The notes under the pieces were generated by a model. That model was not told the origin of the DNA. It saw nothing but the letters and a program-made list of their open reading frames with translations, and searched no databases. Position numbers and translations under genes: made by a program. From Eledone cirrhosa (Eukaryota), in NCBI GenBank assembly GCA_964016885.1, contig OZ024741.1, positions 229,710,001 through 229,774,000 on the forward strand: a stretch of 64,000 nucleotides of DNA, given 5' to 3'. Shown here piece after piece: positions 26,800-40,354 of the stretch. Position 1 is the stretch's first letter; the number at the start of each line of letters is the position of its first letter.

Positions 26800-29700
26800 T
26801 TCTTTATTAACCACAAGGGTTTACACAAAGTAAGACTTTAAGGACAATACAGGACGGTACAAGACAATACAGGACGGTACAAATGGGCATTTCTGCTTGT
26901 AAAAAAAACAAAAACAGGATGTAACAAAGAAACAATGAAAAATTCTCCAATAGGAGTGAGAATTTCGAGGGACATTCCTGGAGAAAGCCCATTAAAAAAG
27001 CCACAGTGACCCTGACCACCAGGGCAGGTGCCCTCTCCCAGTTTTCCACCTTTAATTTACAGACGCATACTCAGAGTAGGCCCATTCACTCGGGCCATTC
27101 TTGCCTCCCTCTCCCATCTTTCAACAAAATGCTGGGAAGAGAGCACTTCTCTCTCTACCCTGATTTTCCTTTTCAAATGAAATTTGAAAAAGTTAATCAG
27201 GGCATCACCGAAGAGGTAAGTGATCGTCTTGAGCCCTTTCAAACGCATCCACCATACTATCTCTTTCGCCATGGCCACCAGACAGATAAAAACTGCCTGC
27301 CCTTCCCGGCTAAAGGAAGAGGGTGGGGCAATCCTCAGGATGGACTCAGCTGATAGTCGGATCCGTCCTACACGCGACAGCAGGTGTTCGACATAAACCC
27401 ACAAGTCAACAATGCTCAGACACTGGACGAGTGCGTGCAGGACGGTTTCGTCGCCCTGCGCGCATCTCGGACATGCCCGGCTGACGGCACCTCCATGCCT
27501 GTAGAGTTTATCCCGAACTGGCAAAGCTCCTCGGTAGCACTGCCAGGCCAGTGATTTCTGGAAGTTGTCCATAGGCTCCGGCGCGAAAGTTCTTCCGAAT
27601 AGATTGGCTAGTTGATTTTCGTCGACGCCTAGAGTTTCCCCAAGTACGTCGTCGCTCTTCCCCTCCACTAATCCTCTATAGAAAGCCGAGGTGGAGTTTC
27701 AACCGATCACATTGCCCGATTGGTCGAGGGCTGTGAGCGCCTGAAGATATTCCAGTCTCCAAGCGCTCCCTCTCGGTCTTAGCTTGACCCAGGACTGCAG
27801 CTCCGTCAAGGAGACGAGCTGGGGAAATACGCGTCTAGCAAACGGCGACCAGACCTGATCACCGTCGAGGAAGAGGTGGAGATATTGTAGCCTGATCGCG
27901 TGTCTGCGCATCATCAGCCACGGCATGCCCAGCCCTCCACGTAGCGGGTGTTGATAGCAGATGGACCGCCTGACCATCAGGGTGCGCCCCTTCCACAATA
28001 AGCGAATGAGCAAACGCTCCAGCGCAGTCAGGCGGGGCTTAGGACAAGGTACGACGGTCAGGCGGTAGTAGATGACCGACGCGATGTACGCGTTAGCCAC
28101 CTCCGCTCGACCTTTTAGGGATAGCTTCCTCTCCGCCCATTTCTGGGTGAGAGAAGCCAGTCAGCTCGTCACCTCGTCCCAGTTATTGTCCGTCTGGAGG
28201 TCCGGTCGAACCAGACCCCTAGCAATTTAACCGGTCCGTCCGTCCAGCGTCCGACGACGCTGATGTACGGCATGGACCTGCCTCTCCAGGTGCCGAGCTG
28301 CAGGCCCACTGACTTTTCCTGGTTGATCATTGCTCCTGTCACCGCTTCGTATTCTCTTAGTGTAGTGCCGATCGCCTCAATGTGTTTGGCGTTCGACACC
28401 ACTGCGGTGACATCGTCCGCAGATGCTGACACGGATCTTCCGCAACCTAGTTCGCGCGGGATCCCCCACAACGTCTCCAGTTTGTGCAGTAATAGCTCGA
28501 GAGTCAATACGTACAAGAGGGACGAGAGGGGACATCCTTGGCGGACCGAGCGGATGATGTTTAACGGTTCCGAAAGGTGACCGTTCACTCTCACCACAGA
28601 ACAGATGTCGCTGTGCATGGCAGCGATCCAGCCTCTGAAGACGGACCCAAAGCCAGCCGCCCTCAGGACTGCCGCCAGATAACGATGGTCGACCCTATCG
28701 AAAGCTTTCGACTCATCTAAATTGATCAAGGACCCACCCGTGCCAGGTTCTCTAGCTACCCTCTCCATGATGTATTGCATAAGGTGGAGGTTGTGGATGG
28801 ATCTGTCGGGAACGGCGAATGCCTGCGCCTCACCCACCAGACCACCAACGACAAGCGCCAACCTCCTTGCTAGAACCTTGGCCAAAATCTTGTGTTTAAC
28901 AGAGTTATGGGCCTGAAATAATCTATGTTATTTCCCTTGTTCGGATCCTTTCTCAGCAGCGCCACCGCTCCTCGGCTCACAGAGCTGGGAATTCTCCCGT
29001 TCTGTTGCTAGTTGCAGTAGATATCCGCCAAGAGGCCTCCGAACAAGTCTGGCATCTGTACGTAAAGTTCATAGGGCAGACCATCCAAACCAGCCGATTT
29101 ACCCCTTGTGCAGCCAGTCATTGCGTCCCGTACTTCAGCTGTTATCGGCTTTTTGCAACACTCCGCCTCAGTGACCGAGAGCCGCGGCAGTCCGTCGAGG
29201 TAGACACTAAAGTCCATCCCTCTATCCGACCCGCCGCTGCCCCCGAACAGCTGAGCGAAGTGTCGGTGAAAAGCTTCACACATTTGCCCGGGATCGAGTA
29301 GCATGCATCCGTTGTGGTCCACCAAAGACCGGATCGTGGCTTTGTCGCCAAGACGCGCCTCCGCCACTCGGGACCATTGAACGGCTTTCGTCCCCTCGTG
29401 TCTGAGAGCACGCACCCTAGCTCTGACAACGCAGCCTTCGTGCTTTGCATTAAAGAATTGGTCAAGGGCCAATTTCGCCGCAAGTACGTCGGTCGCGATG
29501 CCTTTGCTAAGCGCCTCGTCTAATTTTCTAACTAGTTCTCCCTCTGCTCTATTTTTCTCTATGGCTAAAGCCTTGCTAAACCTAATGGACTCTATTCTAA
29601 TCGCTCTTTTCAGAGAAAACCACCACTTGTTGTTGACGATGGCCCCCGTCAACGCCCTCATAACAAGTTCGCTAATCCGCTCTTGCGCGCTGTTAATGAC

Positions 29701-32381
29701 GCGTTTAGCTTCCAGTAGCCGGGTCCTTGTCTATGAAGCCTATCTAAGTCAACCACACAGATCACGAATTTGTGGTCCGTGTAGCTGACTATCTTGAATT
29801 GTGGACAGCCTATGCTAGACCTGTGTGCATCTAAGATCCCGTTCCAGTCGCCCACTAACACTAAAGAGCTGGACGTTCCAAGAAAGGTCTCCAGACACCG
29901 GAAGAAATCAGGCCGACCTGCTCCTGTCGGGGCATAGACGGCCACTAGCCTGAAAGCTTGCCCGTCTCCGCTGGTCACGTCCAGCACCACCAACTTACTT
30001 TCTGGGTCCAGGAAGATGGCCCGTATGACGAGATCCAAACCTCTCCGAAAAAGCACAGCAACTCTTCCCCCGATCCAGGACGGCTGGGAGATGCGTACAC
30101 ATCGTAGTCGCCGAAGATCGGTGCGAAGGCCCGTGCTTCGGAGATTCTGGTCTCGCTGATGGCCACTACATCTATGTTTAGTGACCTGAGGTCGTTGAGC
30201 AGGTGACCCTGCTTCCATGACGACCCCAAGCCACGCGCATTTATGCTGCCTATTCTGAGTGAGGTCATGTTGAAATGGAGTGGAAAAGATGGGAAAGACC
30301 ACTTACCTTACTTCTCGTAGAAGAAGGATGGTTTGTCCATCCGTTTCACTGCTTGTGGCCTCCTCCGGATGGATGTCTTTATAAATCCTCCTGGAGAGCG
30401 CTTGTCGAAAGTCTCCGTTGTCTTTGGGGAATTTTTGTTTTAGTGTCGTGTACGTTTTCGATGTGATGCGATTGATTTGTATGTGTGGAGGTGGCGTGAA
30501 CTTTTGGGTTGTTGTGTAGTCTTTTTCTGTGATGCTGGTGTTGTGTTGGATGTGGTGTAATAATTGGTTGTTGTTCAAATTTAATGCTGTGTAGTGTGTA
30601 TCGTTTTGGTTGTTTTGTTTTGTTTGCGTTTGTTGTGGGTTTGTTTCTGTTTCGCTTTTTGGTGACTTTTGTGGTGTTGGTGATGGTGGTGTTGGGGTTA
30701 ATGATGGTGATGGTGTTGGTGTTTGTGGTGATGGGGTTGGTGATGCTAGTGTGGATGGTGGCATAGCTGTCCTAACTTTTTTGTTTGATAGTTTATTTGG
30801 AGGGAAGAAGATTTTTTTCTGTTTTGGTTTCTTTTTCTTTTTTTATTTTTTCCTGATACCGTTTCCCACTCCTCGTCGTCACAATCTGTCTCCAGTTGCG
30901 ATAGGTCGGGGAGTGGAAAATCCTCAACAGGCGTTGGTTTTGGTTGTGGCGTGGTGGATGGTGTAGGCGCTGGTGCTAGTTCTGGCGCGTTGGGTGGTGG
31001 TGATGTTGGTTTTGCTACTGTTGCTGGGGTTGTTGCTGTTACAGTTGCTTCTGTTGCTGCTGCTACAGTTGTTGCTACTACAGTTGTTGCTGCCATTTCT
31101 GCTGCTGGTGGTGTTGATGGTTGAGTCACTGGGGTGGGTAAGAGAGGTGGCCTCAACCTTTTAGCCTGAGGGCAGAAAGCCCTTAGGTGGGTTCCTTCAC
31201 CACAAACGACGCACCTAGGCCTTCTGCCCTCGACGATTACGGTGAGGTGGCTGCCGTCAGTGAGGTCTATTACCTCTGGGATCTCCTCAATGCTTTTTTG
31301 GTCCGCTTGGATCAGGAGCTCCATCCCAGATCCGGACCAGTTCTCCTGCTTTTCTTTCGCTATTTCGATTATCTTGGTGTTGAATTCGATGCCGGCGAGG
31401 ACGGCAGCCATTAGCCAGGGAATTTCGATGGCCGGTGGAACGTGGGTCACCCTGATCTTCACGAGTCTCTGTCCACAATAGCTTGGGACGAGTGTGAAGT
31501 CGTCACTTCTTAATGGGGCCATGGAGTGTTCTCTGGCCTCCTGTGGTGTTTCAAAGAACACGTCCACGGTTCCATATTTCTGCCCACGTCTGATGTGGGG
31601 TTTTTTTGCCCACACATGCCCCAAAGCTTTTTGGATTTGGGACTCGGATGCCCGTTCCACTCGGCGCAATTTTATGTTAATCGTTCGATAAGACACGGTG
31701 CATAGGCGCCGATGCTCCATTTTATTAGGTGGGGTTTGAGGCTGACCCTGTACCCATCTTTCTTTACCATTTTTTTGGCTTCTTCTAATTCCTCCTGAGT
31801 TACCTGGAATGCTTCGCACTTTTTTGCTACTCTCGCAAAAGACAGGGTAGTTTTCTTAATTTGATTGTTGCTGTTGTTGTTATCGTTATTTTTGTTATTG
31901 TTAATTTTAGTTTTAGTTGTGGTGGTGGTGGCGTCAGTGGTGTTCGATGTGGAAGAGTTCATTTTGGTTGAATTCATTTCGATATCACGAGTTAATTTTT
32001 TTTTTCTTTTGTTTCTGTTGTCGCTGTGGTGGTGATGGGGGTGGCGGCTTTAACACCTGTAGTCATTGGTAATGGCGGGAAATGAATGTCTACCTGAGAC
32101 AAATTTAAAATATTGCTACTGCTTATATTTTTAGTGTTGGCAAACGTAGTAATATTTACAATGGTGGTGTCGGTGTGAGAAAAATCTTTGTTTGATAATT
32201 ACAAAAGTTTTAATTTTGGGCTCAAGGCCCCAATCTTTTTGGGTGTCCTTTTCAGATAACAAAGTATGTGCACTTATATACAGTTAACAATAAAAAATTT
32301 CCATAAATGGCAATTTTAAACAACTGAAAATAACAAACCTTTGCGGAGCTCACGATGATACGATTTACTACGTAGGTCGCC
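26800..32381 (-). mobile_element. L1/Tx1-clade LINE copy B1, full length but disrupted, flanked by (TAA)n
   Basis: ORF1 with CVVCGEGTHLRAFC; ORF2 fragments (NARG, GDWN, TDH, KAFDRV, SADD, CPRC); TAA tracts at 26775-26796 and 32382-32411. Confidence 0.93.
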
Positions 32382-32434
32382 AATAATAATAATAATAATA
32401 ATAATAATAATCTCCTTTTTTTTTTCTTTTTTTA

Positions 32435-34263
32435 GTGTGGATTGAGACAGTACAAAAAGAGATTAGGGAACAGGCACACCAACAAACTGATTTGAGTATC
32501 ACAGTCTAAACTCATAAGGGGCAGGCCAGAAAACTAACCAACTGGAAATCACCAGGCCTAGATGGTGTGCAGGGGTATTGGATGAAAAATATAACATCCC
32601 TCCACGCGAAACTGACAACCATGTTCAATGACTGCTTGATATCAGGTGAGGTACCAGAGTGGTTGACAAAAGGTACCACAGTTCTGATAATGAAAGACCG
32701 AATCAAGGGTAATGATGTTACCAACTATAGACCTATCACATGTCTGTCTGTAATGTGGAAACTGTTGACAAGCATTGTGTCTGAGGAGATCTACCATCAC
32801 CTCCACATAAACAACTTGTTACCGGACGAACAGAAAGGAGGCCGAAAGAAGTCCAGTGGTGCAAAGGACCAATTACTTATTGATAAGATGGTAATGAGGA
32901 ATTGCAGGAGGAGACACACTGGTCTTGCCATGGGATGGATAGACTACAAAAAGGCATTCGACATGGTACCTTATTCTTGGATAACCAAAAGCCTAGAGAT
33001 CTTCAGGGTGGCAGATAACATCAGACAGTTGTTGAGCAAAAGTATGAAGTCCTGGAAAACAGAGTTAACATCAGGCGGAGAATCCTTGGGAGGCGTGAGG
33101 ATCAAGAGAGGTAACTTTCAGGGAGATAGTTTGTCCCCTCTGTTGCCATGATCCCCCTGACCATTGTACTGCGAAAAGTGAGAGCAAGATAGAAGTTGGG
33201 AAAGGGAGAGCTTACCATCAATCACCTCCGATCAATCACATGGACGATCTTAAGCTCTTCGGGAAGAGTGAGAGGGGGTTGGATGAGCTTGTTGACACTG
33301 TCCGTATTTTCAGCAACGATATATGTATGAAATTTGGTATTAGTAAGTGTGGAATCCTTGTGATGAAGAGTGGTAAATTGAGCAGAAGCAACGGAATCCA
33401 GGTACCAACAGGTGAGACGATAAAGGAAAGTGATGCTGAAGAAATATACAAATATTTAGGTGTTCTGGAGGCTGATGACATCAAGAACAAAACAATGAAG
33501 GAATTGATAAGATCTGAATACATTCGGGGAGTAAGGAGCGTATTAAAATCACATCTGAACAGTAGGAATGCTATAAGTGCAGTAAATTCCGGAGCTGAGT
33601 CTATTATTAGGTACAGTGCGGGAATTCTGAGATGGAATGTTGCTGAACAAAAAGAAATGGATAGGAAGACTAGGAAGCTATTGACTATCTACAACATGTT
33701 CCACAAGAGAAGTGATGTCGATAGACTCTACTTAAGGAGATCTGAAGGTCGAAGAGGTCTTATCAGCATAGAGGACTGTGTTCAGATGGAGAAAAACAAC
33801 CTACACAAATACGTGACTAACAGTAGGGAGCCAATGCTCAGAATTGTACTGAAGGAGGGGACAATAGACCAGGGGATGTCCAAGAAGGAAATAACAACAA
33901 GGACGAAGAGCAACCTTCATGAAAAATCCCTTCATAGTACCTTATTTGAGAAAACTGAATTTAGAGATCCACAGACATGGAACTGGTTGAAAGGGGAGAC
34001 CTTAAAAAGGCTGCAGAAGGAATGCTAATGGCTGCGCAAGAGCAGGCCCTCAAAACGAAGTGGCTGAAACACCATATTTACAAGGAGGAGGCTAGCCCAC
34101 TGGAACACAATAGACCTGACCTGGTGGTTTTGGACAAGGAAAAAAGATCGTGCCTGATTGTGGATGTAGCCTGCCCATTCGACACGAGAGTGCAACAGAA
34201 GGAGAGGGAGCAAATTAACCGATACCAGGACTTAAAATGGGAGGTAAAAAGGATTTGGAACTG
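32435..34263 (+). mobile_element. R4/Dong-like RLE non-LTR retrotransposon, 5'-truncated with internal deletion
   Basis: NYRPITCL, WIDYKKAFD, FQGDSLSP, MDDLKL, YKYLG, HNRPDLVVLDK...IVDVACPFD (restriction-like endonuclease); flanked by (TAA)n. Confidence 0.92.
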
Positions 34264-34289
34264 AATAATAACAATAATAATAATAATAA

Positions 34290-34712
34290 TTGAGAATCCT
34301 TGGGAGGCGTGAAGATCAAGAGAGGTATCTTCCAAGGAGATAGTCTGTCCCCTCTGTTGTTTGTCCTTGCCCTGATGCCCCTGACCATTATACTGTGAAA
34401 AGTGGGAAAAGGAGAGCTTACCATCAATCACCTCCTCTTCATGGAGTCCTTCTGATGAAGAGGGGTAAATTGAGCAGAAGCAACGGAATCCAGGTACCAA
34501 CAGGTGAGATGATAAAGGAAATTGACACTGAAGAAGGATACAAATATTTAGGTGTTCTGGGGGCTGATGACATCAAGAACAAAAAAATGGTTGCTGGGAA
34601 CAGCAACAACCCTCCGATACGTCCTGAATATCTGAGGCTGCAGGTAGTGGCTTGATATACCTTTCAACAAACTTTCCAGTTAAATAACATCAATGACTGA
34701 GACTCAAAGAAC
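34290..34712 (+). mobile_element. Internally deleted R4/Dong-like fragment
   Basis: Same 5' start as the copy at 40537 and the family 3' end ...ACTGAGACTCAAAGAACAATAAT. Confidence 0.88.
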
Positions 34713-34735
34713 AATAATAATAATAATAATAATGA

Positions 34736-37700
34736 TTTCTTTATTGGCCACAAGAAAAACATTACAGACGGCACAAGACGGTATAGGACGGTACGGTGTG
34801 GGTTTTGTGCGTGTAAAGATTTTTATTATTTCTTATATAAGAAAAGAAAAAAAAAGACATAGAAACATATATATATGTAAACAATAAAAATGAATATTCA
34901 AACAATGAAAAATTCCCCAATAGGGGGAAAACCTCCGAGGGTTACTCGTGGCGAAAACCACACAAAAGACCACGGCCACCCTGACCACCAGGGCAAGCGC
35001 CCTCTCTCAATTTTTTCATTTCTCAAACTACAGGCGTATATTCAGAGCGGTCCCGTTCACTCGGACCATTCTCGCTACATTCACCCACCTTTCAAAAAAC
35101 TTGCTAGAAGGCAGCACTTGCCTCTCCACCCTGATTTTCCTCTTCAAGTGAAACTTGAAAAAGTTAATTAAGGATTCGCCGAAAGGGAAAGTGTCTATCT
35201 TTAACCTTTTCAACCTTGTCCACCACACAATCTCTTTCACCATGGCCACCAGGCAGATGAAAACCGCCTGCCCTTTCTCCTCGGAGGAAGACGGCAAGAC
35301 CATCTGCACAATGGACTCAGTCGATAACCGGATCAGTCCTACACGCGACAGCAACTGTTCGACATAGCTCCACAAGTCAGCGAGTGCGTGCACGATGGTT
35401 TCGTCGCTCTGCGCGCATCTCGGACAGGCTCGGCTGACGGCACTTCCGTGCCTGTAGAGCTTATCTCGAACCGGCAACGCTCCCCGGTAGCACTGCCAGG
35501 ACAGGGATTTTTGAAAGTTATCCATAGGCCCTGGGCTGAAAGTTCTCCGGAAGAGAGAAAACAGCTGATCTTCTTCGACGCCCAGGATCACTCCGAGAAC
35601 GTCGTCGCTCTTCCCCTCCACTAGTCCTCTATAGAACGCGGAGGTGGATGTTCCACCGATACTGGTGCCCAGCTGGCAGAGGGCAGTGAGCGCCTGGAGA
35701 TATTCCAGTTTCCAAGCGCTATCCCTCGGTCATTTCCTGACCAGGACTGCAGCTCCGTCAAGGAGACGAGCTGTGGGAGAGCGTGCCTGGCGAACGGCGA
35801 CCACACCTGTTCACCGTCAAGGAAGCACCAGAGATGTCGCAGCCTTAGCGCATGTTTGCGCATCATCAGCCATGGCATGCCCAGTCCTCCACGCAACGGG
35901 TGTTGACAGCAGATAGATCGTCTGACCATGGGAGCGCGTCCCTTCCACAAAAAGCGGAAGAGGAGGTGCTCCATTTTGGTGAGAGTTGGGTCGGGGCAAT
36001 GGACGACGGTGAGGCGGTAGCAGATGACGGATGCGATGTACGCATTCGCAACCTCCGCCCGGCCTTTCAGGGACAGCTTCCTCTCGGCCCATTTCTGGGT
36101 GAGGGAGGCCACCTTGCTCGTCACCTCGCTCCAGTTTTTCTCCATCTGGAGGTCCGGTCCGAACCAGACCCCGAGGAATTTAATCGGTCCTTCCGTCCAG
36201 CGCCCCATGACACTCTCGGGCGGCATGGATTGCCTCTCCAGGTGCCGAATTCCTGGTTTATCTTTGCTCCTGTTACCGCTTCGTATTCCTTGAGAGCGGT
36301 GCCGAACATCTGGACGTGTTTGGTGCTCGTCACCACCACGGTGACGTCGTCGGCGTAAGCTGACACGGATCTCCCGCATTCCAGTTCGCGTGGGACCCCC
36401 CTCATCGTCTCCAATTTGTGCAGTAATGGCTCGAGGACCAGTACGTACAAGACGGACGAGAAAGGGCAACCCTGGCGGACCAAGCACATGATGCTGAAAG
36501 GCTGCGACAGGAGACCATTCACCCTCACAATCGACCAGATGTCGCTGTGCAACGCAGCGATCCAGCCCCTGAAAACGGGCCCGAAGCCGGCCGCCTCGAG
36601 GACCGCAGCTAGGTACCGATGGTCAACTCTATCAAATGTTTTAGATTAATCCAAGTTGATCATGGCCCCACCCGTGCCAGGTTCCTTAATCACCCTCTCT
36701 ATGATGTATCGCATGAGATGGAGGTTGTCGGGGATGGATCTGTCCGGAATGGCGCATGTCTTCGCCTCTCCCACCAGATCACAGACGACAAGCGCCAATC
36801 TCTTTTCTAACACTTTGGCCAAAATTTTAAACTGGGCCTGAAGTTGTCTATAACCTCCCCCTTGTTCAGGTCGTTTCTCACCCGCGCAACCGTTCCCCGG
36901 CTCACAAATCTGGGAATGCTCCTGTTCTGCTGTCAGTTGCAGTAGACATCTGCCATGAGGTCGCCGAACAAGTCTGGCATATACGCATAAAGCTCGTAGG
37001 GCAGACCATCCCAACCTGGCGATTTACCCCTCATGCAGTCAGACATCGCTTCCCGTATTTCACCTGTTGTTATCGGCTTTTCGCAGCAGTGCGCTGCGGT
37101 CGTCGTGAACCGCGGCAGTCCGTCGAGATATGCACCGAAGTCCATACTCCTATCCGGCCCGCCGCCGCTCCCGAACAATTGAGCAAAGTGCTGTTGAAAA
37201 GCCGCACACATCTGCTCGGGTTCGAGCAACATGCCCCCGTTTTGATCAGGCAAAGGCCGAATTGTGGACTTGTTGCCACGCCGCGCCTCCACCACCCGGG
37301 CCCATTGAACGGCTTTCGTCCCCTCGTGTCTTATAGCACGCGCTCTAGCTCTGACAACGCAGCCTTCATGCTTTGCGTTAAAGAATTGGTCGAGTGCCAA
37401 TCTTGCCGCAAGCACGTCGGTTGCGATGCCTGTCCTAAACGCCTCTTCTAGCTTTCTATCTAACTCTCCCTCTACTCTATTTTCCTCTATCACTACTCCT
37501 TTACTAAACCTTATAGATTCTACTCTAATAGCTCTTTTCAAGGTAAACCACCACCTGTTGTTGACGATCGCACCCGTCAACGCACGCTTAACTAATTCGC
37601 TAATCCGGTCTCTGTAAGCTTTGCGCGCCGGGAACGACGCGTTCAGCTTCCAGTAGCTGGGCTGTTGCGTATGGAGTCTATCTAAGTCAACTTCACAGAT

Positions 37701-39059
37701 AATAGATTTGTGGTCCGTGTAGTCGACTACTTTAAATTGTGGACAACCTACTCTAGCCTTATGTTTCCCTACAGAATACCCTATCTAAATACGATCTGGA
37801 TGACCCAATGCTGTTTGCACATTGGCGCATTCGGATAATCCAGTCAAAACGTCTGAGCAGGTTGTTGAGGCTTTTACACCCTCCTGCCCTGTCTACTAGC
37901 CCCACATAATCCCAGCGTGCATCTAAGATATCGTTCCAGCGTGCATCTAAGATACCTAACACTAAAGAGCGGAACGTTCCAAGAAAGGTCTCTAGGCGTC
38001 TGGAGAAATCTGGCCGTCCTGCCCCTGTTGGGGCGTAGACGGCTACTAGCCTGAAAGCATTGCCTTCGCTGCCGGTCACGTCCAGCACCATCGACTTACC
38101 TTCTGGGTCCAGGAAGATGGCCTATATGGCGAGATACAAGCCTCTCCGAAAAAGCACGGACACCCACCCACCCCCCATCCCCGATCCTGGATGGCTGGGA
38201 GATGCGTATATATCGTAGCCGCCGAAGATCGGTACGAAGGCTCGTGCTTCGGAGATTCTGGTCTCGCTGATGGCCACCACATCTATGTTTAGTGACTTTA
38301 GGTCGTTGAGCAGGTGACCCTGTTTCCATGATGACCCCAGGCCACATTTATACTGCCTATTCTAAGTACGGCCATGCTGGATCAGGAAACGGGGTAAGTG
38401 AGAAAGGATCACTACCTTGATCGTGTGGGGAAGGGACAGTAAAACCGTCCCTTCGGCTGGTCATGGGTGTCTCCAAGATGATATCAGTATATATTCTTTT
38501 GGAGAATGACCCCTGAAATCCCTAACTGCGTTGGGGAATTTTTGCTTTAATTGTTTATAGTCTTCCAGTTTAATTTCGACAATTGTAATGTTTTGGGGTA
38601 ATGTTCTTGGTGTTGATGGGGGTGTGGTAATTTAAGTCTGTAATGTCTGTGTGTTGTTTTATATGTTCCATTAATCTTTTGCATGTGATATTTATGGCTG
38701 TGTATCTTTTTTTTTTGGGGGGGGGGGGATTTTGTTGCTGTTTTCTTGTTGATGCTGTTGGGTGTGTGTGCTTTGTTGTGTTTGCGATGTTTGTGTTTTT
38801 GGTGATGCTGGTGGTGGTGTGGTTGTTGTTGGTGGTGATGCTTGTGGTGGTGATGGTGATGGTGGTGGTGTTGCTGCAAGTCTCCTTGCAGCCTTTACCC
38901 CTCTTTCTTTGCCTTCGCTTTTGGAGCGAGAAGCGGTAGTGTGTCTGCGTTTGTTCTTTTTGTTGACAACCGTTTTCCACCCCTCAGCCGCCTCATACTC
39001 CATGTCCGACTGTGAGAAGTCGGAGAGGGGTATGAGTTCTACCCTCTCATTTGTCTTTG

Positions 39060-39091
<32 letters not shown>

Positions 39092-40350
39092 GGTGGTGGT
39101 GGTGGTGGTGTCTGGTCTGCCGTTCTTGGCACAGGTGGAGCTAGTGCAGTTGTTTCTGTTGCTGCAGTTGCCGCGGCTATTTTTGTTGTCCGTGGCTTTG
39201 GTGTGGATGTTGTCCTCCTACTCTCTGTAGAAGCTCTCGACGTTTTGCTGACTGCACTGTTTCTGGTGGCAGCGTTTCTGGCGTTGGAAGGAGGGGGACC
39301 TTCGACTTTGTTATTTTCTGTGGGTAGAAGGCCATGAGGTGAGACTTTGATCCACAGTTGAAGCATTTTGGGCGCCTTCCTTCAGCAGATATGGGAAGTT
39401 GGGAGCCATTCCCGAGGTTTATTACGTTGGGAATAGTGTTGATGCAGTCCTGGTCGATTTGGATGAGCATCTCCATTCCAATACCGGACCAGTCCTCCCT
39501 CCCCAACTTCTGTATCTGCAGAATGGTTATTTTATCTTCGATGCCCGCAAGAACAGACACGACCAGCCAAGGCATGGGTACGTAGGGCGGGACATGGGTT
39601 ACGCTGACCTTTGCAATTTTTTTTCCGCAGTAAAACGGGACTAACATTATGTCATCACTCCGTAGGGTCCTCAGTGAGTGCGATTTTGCTTCCTGGGTGT
39701 TAGCAAAAAGGACGTCCACAGTAGCATATTTCTTGCCACGGGTGATATGAGGTTTTCCTTGCCCACAGAGTTCCCAAGGCCTTCTGGATTTGGGCCTCCG
39801 AGGCTCTCTCCACACAACACGATTTCGTGCTGTATGACACTGTGCGTCGCTTTTGTTCCTGCAGGAAGTCGGTTGGTGGTTTCAAGGACACTGAAAATTC
39901 AGTTCTGGTTACCATGTGTCTTGCGACTGCCATCTCCTCCTCTGTGTTCAGGACTGTTTCTACGTTGCGAGCCACCTTTGCAAAAGAGATGGTCCCTTTT
40001 TCAGTGGCATCATTGTTGCTGCCGCTACTGCTGCTACTGGTCTTGTTGTTGGTGGTGCTGTTGTTGCTGCTACTGCTACAAACGGTGTTGTTGGTGCTGC
40101 TGCTGCTGCTGCTACTACCACAGGTATTATTGTTAATACAGCCGCTGCTGCTGCTGCTGCTGCTGCCTCCTTTGTTGTCAAATGCATCAGCAGCAGCCGC
40201 TTCTCGACCGCCGCTTGATGAAGAAGAGAATGAAATGGCCTTTGCCTGACCTTCACTATGAAGAAGACGAAAAGAAAGCGAGACTCCACGTTAACAGCTT
40301 GGTGAAAAAAGAAATTGTTGTGAGCGAAGACAAGGTACAGAAGGATAGCT
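34736..40350 (-). mobile_element. L1/Tx1-clade LINE copy B2, disrupted
   Basis: ORF1 with CFNCGSKSHL; ORF2 fragments with YADD and CPRC; 3' end AATAAAGAAA followed by (ATT)n. Confidence 0.92.
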
Positions 40351-40354
40351 TGGC